From the NCBI RefSeq assembly GCF_004010195.1, contig NC_057719.1, forward strand, positions 60,592,002-60,656,001: a DNA stretch of 64,000 nucleotides. Direction: 5' to 3'. The notes beneath the pieces are model-generated. The model saw only the letters and a program-made list of their open reading frames with translations, searched no databases and was not told where the DNA came from. This document shows, in pieces, positions 38,560 through 50,979 of this stretch. How positions within the stretch are numbered: position 1 is the stretch's first letter; every line of letters starts with the position of its first letter. The position numbers were made by a program, and so were the translations under genes. This stretch comes from Chiloscyllium plagiosum (taxonomy: Eukaryota).

Positions 38560-40025
38560 ATTGAGATCTCTCTGTGAAACACTTCAAGCATGATGAAACC
38601 TGTGAGAAAGTTAAAGGTTTTGTCAATTGGAAACAAAGAGATGCTGATATAGCAGTGTATGACTGTGGTGTGAAGCCAAAAGTGGACATTGTATAACAGT
38701 GGAGATACCTAATCATTGACTTTGTCAACCATTCTTAAGCACAGTGCACAAATCTTGAAACAGTTTGACAAGCAGGCATCCTCTTCGGCAAGGAAGATGA
38801 TGAGAATGGCTGCCTATCCCAGTGTTGAAGAAACTCTGATAATGTGGCAGCTCAAGAGAAAATATTCCCATCTCTGACCCAATCTGGCTGACATAAGGAG
38901 TCACCATGGCAAAGGAACTGGGCCATGAGGATGACTTAATTTATTCAAGACCAGGCATGACATTGTCTTCTACAATGTATGCAGTGCAGCACTTGCAGCA
39001 GCAATGATGTCAATTGGCTGCAGAGTATCTTTCCTACATCCTGAACAATCAGGTGCTGGGGATTTTTAACACCAATGACACGGACCTGTTTTGCCATCTT
39101 TTACCAGATTGCTCTTTAATGATTAAAGATGAAACACACAATGGTTGAAAGCAAAACAAATAATGCATCACATTTATGGTCTGTGTCAATATGCGCATTG
39201 AAAACCTGCTGCTATTGTGATAGGAAAGCCCAAGAAGCTAATGCCAAGATGCTACAAACTACCTGGATGACCTCCAGTATTTTTCAGATGTATATTTAAA
39301 AAGCAGACAAAATATATCAATAGAAGAAAAGGAAGATTATCATCATTACAGGCAACTCCCTTGGACAACTTGACATTGCTGGCTGCAAGAATCTCTATCA
39401 AACTAATGTTCTTGCACCCCAACAACCAGGGCCAAACTCCAGCTGATTAGGGACCTGAAAATCCAACTACTGAGGGCAGTTGCTCTCACAGGTTATCAAA
39501 GCCATTGATAAGAAGCACAAGTCCAACTCAACTGTTTTTGATGCCATGTTCATGAGGAAGGTGGCACAGAAGATAGCAATTGAAGCCACATTTACCACTG
39601 ATTCTGTCATGCTGGGTTCAAACAGGCTACAGGTGTGCAAGGGAATGAGAAGGAACAGGGTGAATCTGATCAGTATGATGTCAAGGCTCTTTTTACTCAC
39701 TTGTGGGAGGCGGGTATAAAATCTCCAGAAGAAATAACTATGAATACTTAGGCCAAGGTGGACACAGCTGCACTGACAGATGAAGCAATTGTATTTGCAG
39801 TACATTGTTCAACTGAGGAGTCCAAAGAGACCATGGACCCTGAAGATTTTGAATAATGTCTCAACCCCATCCCCCTCCGCTGACCTGACTGTTCCTCGGG
39901 ATGTTTCAAGATTTTGCACTACAGCATTAAAACATGTAAAAGATCTTTGATTAGATTGATTACATGATGGACTGTACAATAATCATCTGAAGGCAGCCCA
40001 ATAAGCTAAAAAAGATTACAGAGCT
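38560..40025 (+). pseudogene. Decayed pogo/Tigger (CENP-B-like) transposase
   Basis: Frame-broken motifs in the correct order: NIPISDPI, FKTRHDI, IFNTNDTDLF..LLPD (IFNADETGLF), VIGKPKK, RKIIII and IKLMFLHPN. Confidence 0.75.
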
Positions 40026-40669
40026 TTCCAGAGCTAAGTCCTAACATTTTTCATTGCCTTCTATTGTACAAATTTGAGCCTGTAAAATGTGAGTAATTTT
40101 TAAAAAAAAGACACTTTTTGCGTGTTTACTGCATGACTGTGTTATGATTTGGTTATTTTTGACAGAGTGCATTTGTTGGCAATACCAAGTTGCATAGGGA
40201 TCTCCTTGACAGTCTTGATCCTGCATAACGCAAACTGGTTAGTGGAATGTCTGCAATTCAACTTATTGTAATTGTACTGTATGTCTGTCAATTACATTAG
40301 GGATGAAAACCATTTCCACTTAGGTTTTAAACTGAAACACACATTTAGACCCTTGCAGACTTTTGATGAGGTTTTGTTGGTGCTCATGTGAAGTCCTTAT
40401 TTGAACTTTGAATTCTTACTGTTTTATAAGCCACTGATTATTGCTATATAGTTGTTTCTATTTCTCTCTAACCATTAATCATGTCATGTCTCATTGAAAC
40501 ATTAAAAATGAGCAACAACATATTAAAAAGATTAATATTTGGACATATTCTAATTATCAGTGGACTTGCAAAAGGCTTTTGGAATTTTATAATTTGAACA
40601 ATTTTATAAAACTCTTAAAATTTTCTTTTCCATTTGGAATTGCAATCAGTCATGTTTGGTCTTCTTCTG

Positions 40670-40860
40670 AAACAAGCACAGAAAATGCTGGAGAAACCCA
40701 GCAAGTCTGATAGCATATGTGGAAAGAGAAACAGGTTTAAGGTTTCAAGTTCAATGTAACTCCTTCAGAAGTTCAGAATCTCCACAGCCAGACTTGTTGA
40801 GATCCTCCAGCATTTTCTGTGTTTGATTCAGATTTCTAGCATCTGCAATATTTTCCTCTT
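40670..40860. mobile_element. Old palindromic PLE-terminal-repeat insertion
   Basis: Inverted arms cacagaaaatgctggag / ctccagcattttctgtg; ttcttctg at 40662-40669 and 40861-40868. Confidence 0.7.
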
Positions 40861-43371
40861 TTCTTCTGTGTGCCTGTAATTATTCACTATGTTTAAAGCA
40901 AATGGGAAAAAAATAAAAAAATCAAATTTTTATCGATTTGCACAATAAATAACAATTCTGTAGAACCATACTGCAATTCACTGTTGATTGCATATAATTG
41001 AGTAGTTTGAGGTTTTACATCAGCACACCTTATCCTGCTATCACAAGTAGTATTGACAAATCCAAGCATATTAACATATATAATAAACGTTTACAGAGAC
41101 AGGATTAAGATTGAATTGTTGCTTAATTTTAAAATATTTTCACAGTAAGATACAATAATTTTAAATCAAATTATAGTATCAATTTATTAAATGCTTTCAA
41201 AAGTTAACATTTGAAATGGAGATGAATAGTCAGCCTACAACACACTTTGACAGTACAGGCTTCAATGTGTAAAAGATGCAAGCATGCTGTTCGGTGGAAA
41301 AATTCACAATGACAGATAGGGTACTAAATAATGATGACATCAGTTTGTCCCTGCTATAGAAGCTCCAAAAATATCTTTATGAAATACCACATAACTTGCA
41401 GTCTTACAGGCAATATCCACTTTTTTTCTTGACGAAGGCTTTTTTTTACTGGATTAGATTCAATACTATTCTAATCCCCTGAAATTTATTTTTACTTCAG
41501 GAATGTCTTATAGGTGACACCAGCTGCCAACAGCATCTTAGAAATCTGTTCTTAAATCTTAGTTGATACTTTAAGTATAAGTAGTCATCAGAGGTAAATA
41601 TTTTGATCAATTCTTTTCACAGTGATCTGAAGAAATGAAATAAACATGCTTTTCATTGATCAATTAATTAAGGAATGGAAATAATTAATGTAATTTCATC
41701 ACAAGTAAATACAAGCTGTTCATATTATCTAACACTTAAAGACAATAATATAGTACTCTTTGAGAAATAAATAATGTTTTTCATCAGAATTATTGGCAAA
41801 TGGAAATCCTGATCTAAATTATTTGTTTTTTAAATGTTTGAAAAGCTTGTTAGTAAGTGACAAATGTGCATTTACAGATTTAACTAATGGTATATTATAT
41901 TTCATTTTATCCTGCAATACCAAACTAAACCTGTTTTGAAGGATATTTTCAATTCCGCTCATATTTTCACTTTCTACCACAAGCAACTGATATCTAAGAA
42001 GTTTTCTTCCATCACCATCACTAAGCTGGATTAAGAACTTGGTTCTCCATGGATAGAAGGAAGGAGAATACTGGTAGTCACCAAGCCCTGAACATTTACA
42101 CTTTTGAATAAACGTGATTGTCATTTATGGAATTTCAAACTAAGCTCACATTGATATGGATATCAAGCTGATAATTAAATATAGCTTCTTCTTTACAGGG
42201 ATCATTATGCAGAGACACTCCACCTAATAAATCTTTTGATTTTAATGCATTCCAGATGGAATCTGTGTCTCACATTTTCAATATTTCTAAACTCTTCCAA
42301 AATTTCCTCCCATTGAAGATATTTAGCATACATAACTTCAAAATGCAACTGAAATTGATATCAATAATATTTGTCAGTTCTCTATGGCCACAGTATTTAT
42401 TGAAAAGACCTCTATTCCTTTTGTACCAGGAGCTTATAGTAATAATGGAAACCTGAAGTAGGGAGCGATTCTGAAGTTTCATAATAACACATTAGTTGTC
42501 TTAATCTGTGGTCTTAGATAATGAAGTAATTAAGTTTAATTTTCATTACATTATTTAAAACACAATTTCAAAAAATTAGCTGAATTCAAATAAGTTCTAA
42601 AATGTTTGTACTATGCAAATCTTTTTTTTGTAGCTGTTCACCTCGACATATCTCCCTTCCAGCAGAAACAGCAGCTGAACAGACAACAGATTCTGTACAG
42701 CTTCTTGCCAACACTATTAACTTGATCAGCTGGCGGCAAGAAGCGCCAGCTTTTTCAAACAGTTGGACACTCAACTTAAAAGCTCAACTGAAAGCAGATG
42801 CTTGCATCATGCATGTCAATGTAAGGATGTTGGCCATTGTATAATTCAAACTGAATTAACCTTCACACCATTAGGTCATTGATAAACATTATATTGGAGT
42901 CATTCTGACAAAGGGCCATAATGACACCAAGACATTAATCTTACCATTTTCTGTCCACAGATGTTCCTTACCCATTATTTTTGCAATATTTTCTAAATTT
43001 TACAGGTATTTCATTTTTGTGTGAAGCAACAGCAATAAATATTGCAATTAACTTAAAAGTAACCCAAATGCAACATGTTCCTTCAACTTAACTCTCTTTT
43101 ATTTCTCACACTCCTTTGACATCACTATTGTTTCAGTTTTTTCGGTGCACAAATTTTGTACTCTGAATTTTTTATCTCAATTCTTCATGTCTCTCACTTC
43201 TCAGACCCTCTTTAAATGGCAAAGTAATGGTACTGATAAATTGCATTTTCTGATGCCATTACTGATTTCTGGTCTAATTGTGCCATTAAACAATTTAATT
43301 TACCAAGAAGGGATCCATGTTCACAGGACATACAGCCTTGACAAAACAGGACCAATAAAAATCAGTGTGGA

Positions 43372-43640
43372 GTCATAGAAGGTGCCCTTCAGCCCATCAA
43401 ATCTGCACTGACCTGTCTGTATCAATCCTACTTTCCAGCACTTGTTTCAAAGTCTTGAAGGTTATGACATTTCAAGTACTCATCTATGTATTCTTTTAAA
43501 GGTTTTGAGTTTTCCCATCTCTACTACTCTCCCGGGCAGTGCATTCCAGATTCCCACCATACTCTGTGTGCAAAGCATTTCTCCTCTTAATCTCTTGCTG
43601 TTCACCTTAAAATTATGCCAATTTTTCATTGACTGCCATT
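43372..43640 (-). mobile_element. CR1 3' end, decayed
   Basis: gcccttcagcccatc...ggcagtgcattccagattcccaccatactctgtgtg, the reverse complement of the CR1 TQRVVxxWNxLP region. Confidence 0.7.
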
Positions 43641-44019
43641 GAACTTTAATGAGCAAAAAAGGGGCTGGTCATTGCAAGGGTTACACAGAATTAGGCAATT
43701 CACAGACAGAATATTCCCAATTTAATTACCTTTTCCCACCTTCTCATCATATTCCTCTATTCCATAAGGTCTTCTGTAAATTTGATTTTGAGTCAGTGAT
43801 TATCATCCATTTGCCTGATACTAATTCCTCCACCCTGCTTAATCCCTCTTCTGAAAATTTCCCACTATCTCCCGATGCTGCCTTATCTCGAAAATAGGCA
43901 GATTTCTGGGCTGGCAGTTCATGCTGTGAACTTTCTATATTGGAGCATCATAGATCAGAAGCAAAAGCATCAGAAGGTTTTCATTTAGAAGGTTTTTGAT
44001 CGCATCCATTGGCAGTAAC

Positions 44020-45005
44020 TCTGATACCTTCCAAAACTGTATAACATCCAGCAATTGTGTATTAACATTTTCAAGGCCTAATATTAACATCTTTAAAGCC
44101 TTGTATCACTACTCCAACAACTATATCAAGACCTGCACGGACATCAGTGACTACTTCAACATCATTGGAGGAATACGGTAAGGCTGTATACCCTCCACAT
44201 TCAGTTTCCTCTTGGTTACTGATTTCATCATCAGAAACTGATGGTTGTGCAGACTTTGGCATCCAATGGCAAAATGACTGCTTGAAGGATCAGTATTTTT
44301 CAGATGACATTGCCTTTTTCACTGAAGAATCATGTATACTCCAAGACATGACCACCAGTCTTGAGAGCAGCGGTGCCAAATTTGGTCTAGACACCACCTG
44401 CAGGAAGATCAAGACAATAACAACTAGATGGTAACAGGCACACATCCCTATCCAGGAAACAACATCTCCAGGAAGGATGATGTAGAGATCAGCATCCAAA
44501 AAAAATAAGCACAGCAGTGTCAGTCTTCCAGCAATTCCACATGGTGTGGACATCTAACAAAATAAATAAGGCCATGGTTCATTCTCGTACCAATTGCAAT
44601 ATATACCTGTCACAGATGGCAGAGAATAGCGCAGGTGTCACGTGAGCTGGATATCGTTCTCAGCATTGCCTACACAAGATCCTGAGCATCAGAGAGAAAG
44701 ACAGCATGAAGAAGTATCACTGTGGACTGGACAGTGGTGTCTGTGGGACATTGTGATGGAAAACTTGGCTGAGTACATTTCATCTCCTGGACACACCTCC
44801 TGCCAAAGTGACAGTAGCATGGACACAACTAGTTGGAGAAAGAAAATGGTGCCTCCCAAAAAAGATCTGGTTAAGTACATTTAAGGAGAAGACTTCTAAA
44901 ATAGAATACGACCTGGGCTGAAACTAAAGAGAATGCTATGTATCAGAGTTATGATGGGTCTTGTTGCCCATAGTTTGTCCAGCGACCAGCAGAACAAAGT
45001 CTAAA
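44020..45005 (+). mobile_element. RTE-group LINE relic, distinct from the copy at 17590-19740
   Basis: FNIIGGIR*GCIPSTFSFLLVTDF (GVRQGCILSPxLF) and YFSDDIAFF..LQDMTTSLESSGAKFGL...KIK (FADD...GL...KTK). Confidence 0.7.
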
Positions 45006-45456
45006 AACAGGATTTTATATGCCCCTGCTTAGGTTCTATTTAAAATGGATTGGGTGACTAGCCCATTGTCTTTTTACCAATCCCCAAATGGTTCTCTGTA
45101 TTCCCGCAATATTTCGGAGGGGGGATGCCAAAATTGGTAGTCTTCCATATTTGAGTAAATAGTATGAGTCAATTGAGTTCCTTAACAGCTCAGTTGACCT
45201 CAATATTATGTGGGCTGTATTATAATGCTGTTGGTGTATACAGACGAGCGATAGTGGGCAGCTATTTTCTTTTAAATGAGCGCAAAGGAAACAGGTCAGT
45301 AAATTTGGAATTGGGGTAGGGTCGTACTTGTGTATTTGAAATACACCCTAGAAGACAGAAAACTCTTCCTTCCGACACAAGTGGACTTCAAAACTCACTT
45401 CTCTATTTCCCACATGTCCCCTTCCAATGAGACTTGAACATTTCCCCCCCCCCCCC

Positions 45457-45956
45457 NNNNNNNNNNNNNNNNNNNNNNNNNNNNNNNNNNNNNNNNNNNN
45501 NNNNNNNNNNNNNNNNNNNNNNNNNNNNNNNNNNNNNNNNNNNNNNNNNNNNNNNNNNNNNNNNNNNNNNNNNNNNNNNNNNNNNNNNNNNNNNNNNNNN
45601 NNNNNNNNNNNNNNNNNNNNNNNNNNNNNNNNNNNNNNNNNNNNNNNNNNNNNNNNNNNNNNNNNNNNNNNNNNNNNNNNNNNNNNNNNNNNNNNNNNNN
45701 NNNNNNNNNNNNNNNNNNNNNNNNNNNNNNNNNNNNNNNNNNNNNNNNNNNNNNNNNNNNNNNNNNNNNNNNNNNNNNNNNNNNNNNNNNNNNNNNNNNN
45801 NNNNNNNNNNNNNNNNNNNNNNNNNNNNNNNNNNNNNNNNNNNNNNNNNNNNNNNNNNNNNNNNNNNNNNNNNNNNNNNNNNNNNNNNNNNNNNNNNNNN
45901 NNNNNNNNNNNNNNNNNNNNNNNNNNNNNNNNNNNNNNNNNNNNNNNNNNNNNNNN
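45457..45956. other. Assembly gap
   Basis: Run of N following poly-C. Confidence 1.
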
Positions 45957-45999
45957 ATCACATGAAATGTTCTCTAATTTCCTTCAATTAAATTGAGGA

Positions 46000-46735
46000 A
46001 AAACAGACAAATTCTGTTCCCTGATCACTGACTTCAGCCCTCTCCTTTGCTGAGGTTGAATTATAGTGTTGGCAAGCTTGGTGTTAATATTTGATCCTTG
46101 GATGTGTTTCCAACTACATATCTGCATCATTGCTAATGCTGCTTATTTCCATCTGCACAACAATACATTGGTTCAGTTCTTGTGCTGCTTGATATCCTTT
46201 TCTATTGACCTTTGCTACTTCTTGACAATGTTGTGCAGAACAGATTGGCCTGCCATGTTCATTCTGTACACAGGCCTGGGGTCATCTAAACCCCTGCAGC
46301 TTTTGCTCTAACTCCTCTGCAGTCCCAGTCACCTATCACCCTTGAGCTTGAGGCCCTACACTGGACCCCAATTAAGCTGCACCTTGATTTTCAAATCTTA
46401 GCATTGAATTCAATTTTCACAGAAGCCTTACGCCTCCCCATATTTGTAATTTTGTTCAGCCCTGCAATTCTCTGGCAGGTTTGTGCTCCTTAACTTGTGG
46501 CCTTAATCCCTCAATTTAACCACTCTATCATTGGCTGCTATGCCATTAGCTGCCAATAGCCTAAGCTCAGGAATTCCATTCTGAAATCTCCATAGTTCTC
46601 TTCATTGTTTTAAGATACTCCTGAACACCTATTTCATTGACAAGTATTTGGTCATCTACCCTCCCTTTATTTGGCTCAGTGTCAAATTTTACTTTGTAAT
46701 ACTTGGAGCGTTTTATTATATTAAAGATATCATAT
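46000..46735 (+). mobile_element. L2 LINE 3' portion, decayed
   Basis: KLGV..FD, AAYFHLHN and PITLELEALHWTPIKLHLDFQIL (the L2 HITPxLxxLHWLPxxxRIxFKIL motif). Confidence 0.8.
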
Positions 46736-47105
46736 AAACACAAGTTGAGATTTTGTAGACGAAAATATCACATGTGCTGTCTCCACTCTGACACTTAGTT
46801 TGCCTCCAATAGGTGTACATGGTTGAACTGCAGCAACAATTTTCCTGAACATAATTCTACATTTCTCCTTTCTCATCGTCCCACTTTGTTCTTGCAAATA
46901 GGCACCGACTTGCATTATGTTTCTCTGGTCAGATACTAACTGAATATTAATGAAATGAAGCCCCTTCTTTTCGAAAGAAAAAGCAAAATATTTTGAATAC
47001 TGGAAAGTGCTGCAATACCCTATGTTTATGGGATTTTTGCTAACATATAAAACTTTGGTGCAGTAAATACATAATGTCTCTTTCTCACAGGTAAAGTAAT
47101 GAAAG

Positions 47106-47203
47106 CCCTGAAGAAGGGTCACTGGACCTAAAAAATTAACTCTTATTTCTCTCCACAGATGCTGCTGGATCTGTTGAGCTTTTCCAGCAATTTTTGTTTT
47201 TGT
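47106..47203 (+). mobile_element. 98-bp PLE terminal-repeat monomer with 14-bp TSD
   Basis: Starts ccCTGAAGAagggtcactggacc; exact flanks taaagtaatgaaag at 47092-47105 and 47204-47217. Confidence 0.82.
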
Positions 47204-47459
47204 TAAAGTAATGAAAGTGCTGCACTGTACATACGTCTATTACTTGCTTAAAATCAAAATAAGGTGCATATTAGCTGATCCAACAGATGTCATTTGTGGT
47301 TGTTTGAAAGGAATCCAGTGGCAGTAAACATTAATGTTGTCACAGTTTAAAAAAAGTTATCCATGTTCTAGGGTGTATCTAACAAGAAACCTGAAGGAGG
47401 TAGCATAGTGCAGTGACAACCTCTATTATAAAGTAAATCTGAGATAAAAGAGTGATTTG

Positions 47460-47815
47460 CATGAATAGAGCACTTCTCAAAACACAGGATATCCCAGGGG
47501 TTTTAGCTAATGAAAGACTCAAAATGTGGTCATTTCTGACACAGGAAACAAAATCCTACAAATAGCAATGAGATGGTGATCAAATAACCAGTTGTTGGAT
47601 AAAACATAAATATTGGCCTGGGAACAGTAACATGGAAATTTTTCAAGCCCCTTAGAGGGCAGACATGGCTTAGCACGTTATCTGAAAGAAACCAACTTCA
47701 TCAGCAAAGTATGCCCTAAGTAATAAAATTATCCTATATTACTTGTTCAAATCTCTGGAATTCGACTTGACCCTATCACTTTTGGACTCTGAGGCAAATG
47801 TTACCATCAGCTATA
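47460..47815 (-). mobile_element. Deu-domain SINE (SacSINE1-like), near full length, old
   Basis: Minus strand has a tRNA-like head (gcctcagagtccaaaag...gggtcaagtcgaattccagagatttgaacaag), then ctgccctctaagggg and gaccacattttgag toward the tail. Confidence 0.6.
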
Positions 47816-48159
47816 GTTAAAATAGTTCTGATATTTGTCCCAGGTATCAATATCAAGATATATGATTATGGGTATTATTAGATGCAAACATAACTGATGC
47901 ATTGGTGTCAGTTCCTCTACAAATATGTCCTTTCTTGTACTTTGGTGCTTCTTCTCATTTGTGAGGTGCATCAAGAATTACACAATAAATTCTCATCTTA
48001 ATAATGTTATAAATTCTTTTGCAATAGCAAACTGTAACAGAGGACTTTTGAGAAATTAACAATACAAAAATGCTCCAGTGGTGCCCTGGATAATAAAAGG
48101 AACAGGTTCAATGAGAAATGTATATAACCATTCTTTCCTGCTAAAAGCCTGGAAAGAAT

Positions 48160-48750
48160 GGAAAGGAAAAGCAGAAAATGCTGGAAATATAGTGCAGGCC
48201 ATGCAGGTTAGAATGAGAGGCAGAGTAATGTTGATCACCTTTCAATAGAATTGGGAGTATTTCACAATGCAATAGTTATAAAACAAAGCAGGGAAAAGGT
48301 ATTGGGGGTGAGGGAGCAGGAGGAAGGTTGTTAAGGAAAAAAAGTGTTGCAGCTTTGATTATTAAGAATAAAAGGAGGTAAAAGGACAGGTGTTGCATCT
48401 CCTGAGCTTGCACATGAAGGAGTTGTGGATGCTTCGGGCATCTGTTGCAGAGAGAACATTTCCTTTGAAATTTTGAAAGCGAGGAAAAGGTGAGTTTGAT
48501 GGCGGCATCATGCTGGAGGTGACAGAAATAACATGATGATGTGTTAAATGTGAAATCTGGTGGGGTGAAAGGTTTGGGAGAGAGGAACCATTTTGAAGGA
48601 AGGAATGAGAGTAAAAGTGTTGGAAATGGAACAGGCACAGTTGAGGATCCTATGGTGGGAAATCTCAGCTGAAGCAAAAGGAAGACATTGGAAATATGTC
48701 AGTATGAAAAGTGTGATGGGAGATATGAAAACTGTGAAGATGGAATAGAA
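48160..48750 (-). mobile_element. Decayed PLE fragments
   Basis: Minus-strand caggagatgcaacacctgtcc (RCNTC zinc-binding linker) and a terminal-repeat-like gaaaatgctggaaata. Confidence 0.5.
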
Positions 48751-49064
48751 AGAAAGAGTTACATTTACAAAGCTCTTTCACAACCACTGGATGTCTCAGA
48801 GCATTTTACAACCTGTGAAATTCTTGAACTGTTGTAATGTATAGTCTACAGAAAATATAGATAATTTCTTATGCGGGTCTTATGCCCAAAACGTTGACTC
48901 TCCTGCTCCTCGGACAGTGCTATGTTTTTCTAACTCTGTGGATACTGGTCAAGAGTCTATTCCCAGAAACAGCAACAGAGAATTCAAGAAAATGAAGCCA
49001 AGTGTTACAGCAAATCAGGTGAATGTGAGAAAAATGGCGCAAATTAAAAGGACACCGATTAAAT

Positions 49065-49252
49065 CTGGGGCATAATTTAAACTGATTGGCCGAATTTCAA
49101 TTTGCTTTTGTTTCATGGCAACGCAACTCCAACTATTTGTTTCAACCAAATGTTACATTTTTTAACTTGTTCAGCACATTCTGTGCTTTCAGTCAGTCCA
49201 TACCAGCTTCCTCTCTTTCTTAAAGATACCTTACACCTACACATTCATAACA
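49065..49252 (-). repeat. Truncated 3' LTR
   Basis: Aligns with 58177-58363 at roughly 80-85% by eye and ends tcataaca; a purine run gggagg lies immediately upstream on the minus strand (PPT remnant). Confidence 0.85.
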
Positions 49253-49399
49253 CCTCCCGATAATGAAAAGATGACTTTATTTCTTTTTCTATACCTTAAC
49301 CACATTACCATAACATACATATAACTTTAATCTCAGTTCATCTTAACTTCTTCATATATAAAACATTGGATAGATATCAATCTCATCTAAACTTTATCA

Positions 49400-50810
49400 G
49401 TTAAATCCGCCATAACGCATCTGTGATTACATTCTGATGACCCGCAACACGTACGATTTGTAAATTAAAAATCTGTAACATAAGACTCCAATGGAATAAT
49501 CTCAAGTTCTTGTCTTTAAAGCGTTTTAAGAATGTAAGCGGATTGTGATCCATGTACACAACCGTGTCCGACACATTGTTCGTGATATACACATTAAAAT
49601 GTCATAAGGACAGCATCAAACTCAATGGTATTTCCTCTGGTGGATGTTGAGTTTCTTCAAAAAGTAACCAACAGGCAGTTCTATCCCATTATCATCTTCC
49701 TGCAGCAGGACAGCTCCAACTCCTATGTCACGGGCATTGATGGAAACTTTGAAGGGTTTTGAAAAGTTTGGGGTAGCTAAAACTGGTGCAATGTTTAATA
49801 TTGCTTTTAAATGGTTGAATGCCTCCTGGAATTGTTCTGTCCACCGAGACTTTATTTCTTCTTTAGCAAATTGGTTAATGGTCACTACACTGCTGAAGTT
49901 AGGAACAAACTTCTGATAGAACCTAGGTAAAAACAAGGACTGCAGATGTTGGAAACCAGAGTCCAGATTGGAGTGGTGCTGGAAAAGCACAGCAGGTCAG
50001 GCAGCATCCGGGAAGCCTGCTTAGTCCCAAGAATCGAAGCACCTCTTTCTTTGAGATTGTTTGTGAAATTCCTCGATGGCCTTTGTCTTTATGTTTCGTG
50101 GAGTCAACCTTCCATGACTGATGTTATGTCCCAAGAACATCACCTCTGCTTTCATGAATTCAGTTTTGTTTAAGTTTATTACCAGTTTGGCTTCTCATAG
50201 TCGTTCAAAGAACTCTGCCAGCTGTACCAAGTGATCTTTCCAACTTACTAAAGATCACGACATTGTCCAAATTACTGCACAGTCTGTTAACCCAGCCACA
50301 GTTCTGTTCATGAGTCTTTGGTATGTGGTGGGTGCATACTTCATTCCAAAGGGCATCCCTTTGAATTGTTACAGCTTATTTGGGGTCAAAAACACAGAAA
50401 TATTTTTCACCATCTCTGATGAAGGCACCTGCCAGTAACCTCACAGTAAGTCCAACTTGGTGATGTTACTGGCTTGTCCAACTTTCTCAATACACCCTCC
50501 AATCTCGAGACTGGATGTGAGTTGGATTTGTAATGGCATTGACCGTCCGATAATTCACGCAAAAAATCGCTGAGTCCCGTCTGATTTGGGAACTAAGACA
50601 ATCAGCAAACTCCACTCGCTCTAGTTCGGTTTGATGATATCCTCGTTGAGCATGGCCTCCACCTTCTTCGGACATTTCTGGTTTTGAAAGGATTAAGCTG
50701 ATAGGGATGTTGTTTTATCGGAACAGTATTCCCTATGTCTACTTTATGTACAGTAGCATTAGTCCTCCCCATCTGATTCCTACATTTGTCCTCATACTGC
50801 AGTAACAAAC
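49400..50810 (-). pseudogene. Gypsy reverse transcriptase and RNase H
   Basis: PIKQHPYQLNP, TKLDLL*GYWQVP, MPFGMKYAPTTYQRLMN, RFYQKFVPNFS, PFKVSINARDIGVGAVLLQ and VYMDHNPLTFL. Confidence 0.92.
49925..50015 (-). mobile_element. PLE terminal-repeat fragment inserted in the Gypsy pol
   Basis: ggtaaaaacaaggactgcagatgttgg...caggtcaggcagcatccg splits LRFLGLS|RFYQKF. Confidence 0.75.
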
Positions 50811-50979
50811 TTTAAAACTGTGTTCTTTATTCCTGAGCCAGATAGTTTACTAACCCATCCCACCCCTCAAGGACTTCATTTTTTTAACAGATTTTGAGGC
50901 ATATCAAAATCCACAAAATCTGAATTTGATTCCTCATTCTTTGGGGCAATAACTAACACCTGTTTCTCCAGTTTTTTCT

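Noticed and set aside
42728..42755. Bacterial intrinsic terminator or contamination
   Set aside because: The context is entirely vertebrate repeat landscape, with no bacterial-type ORF upstream.
46730..47122. 130-aa minus-strand ORF
   Set aside because: It starts inside a repeat insertion and has no recognisable motif or splice support.
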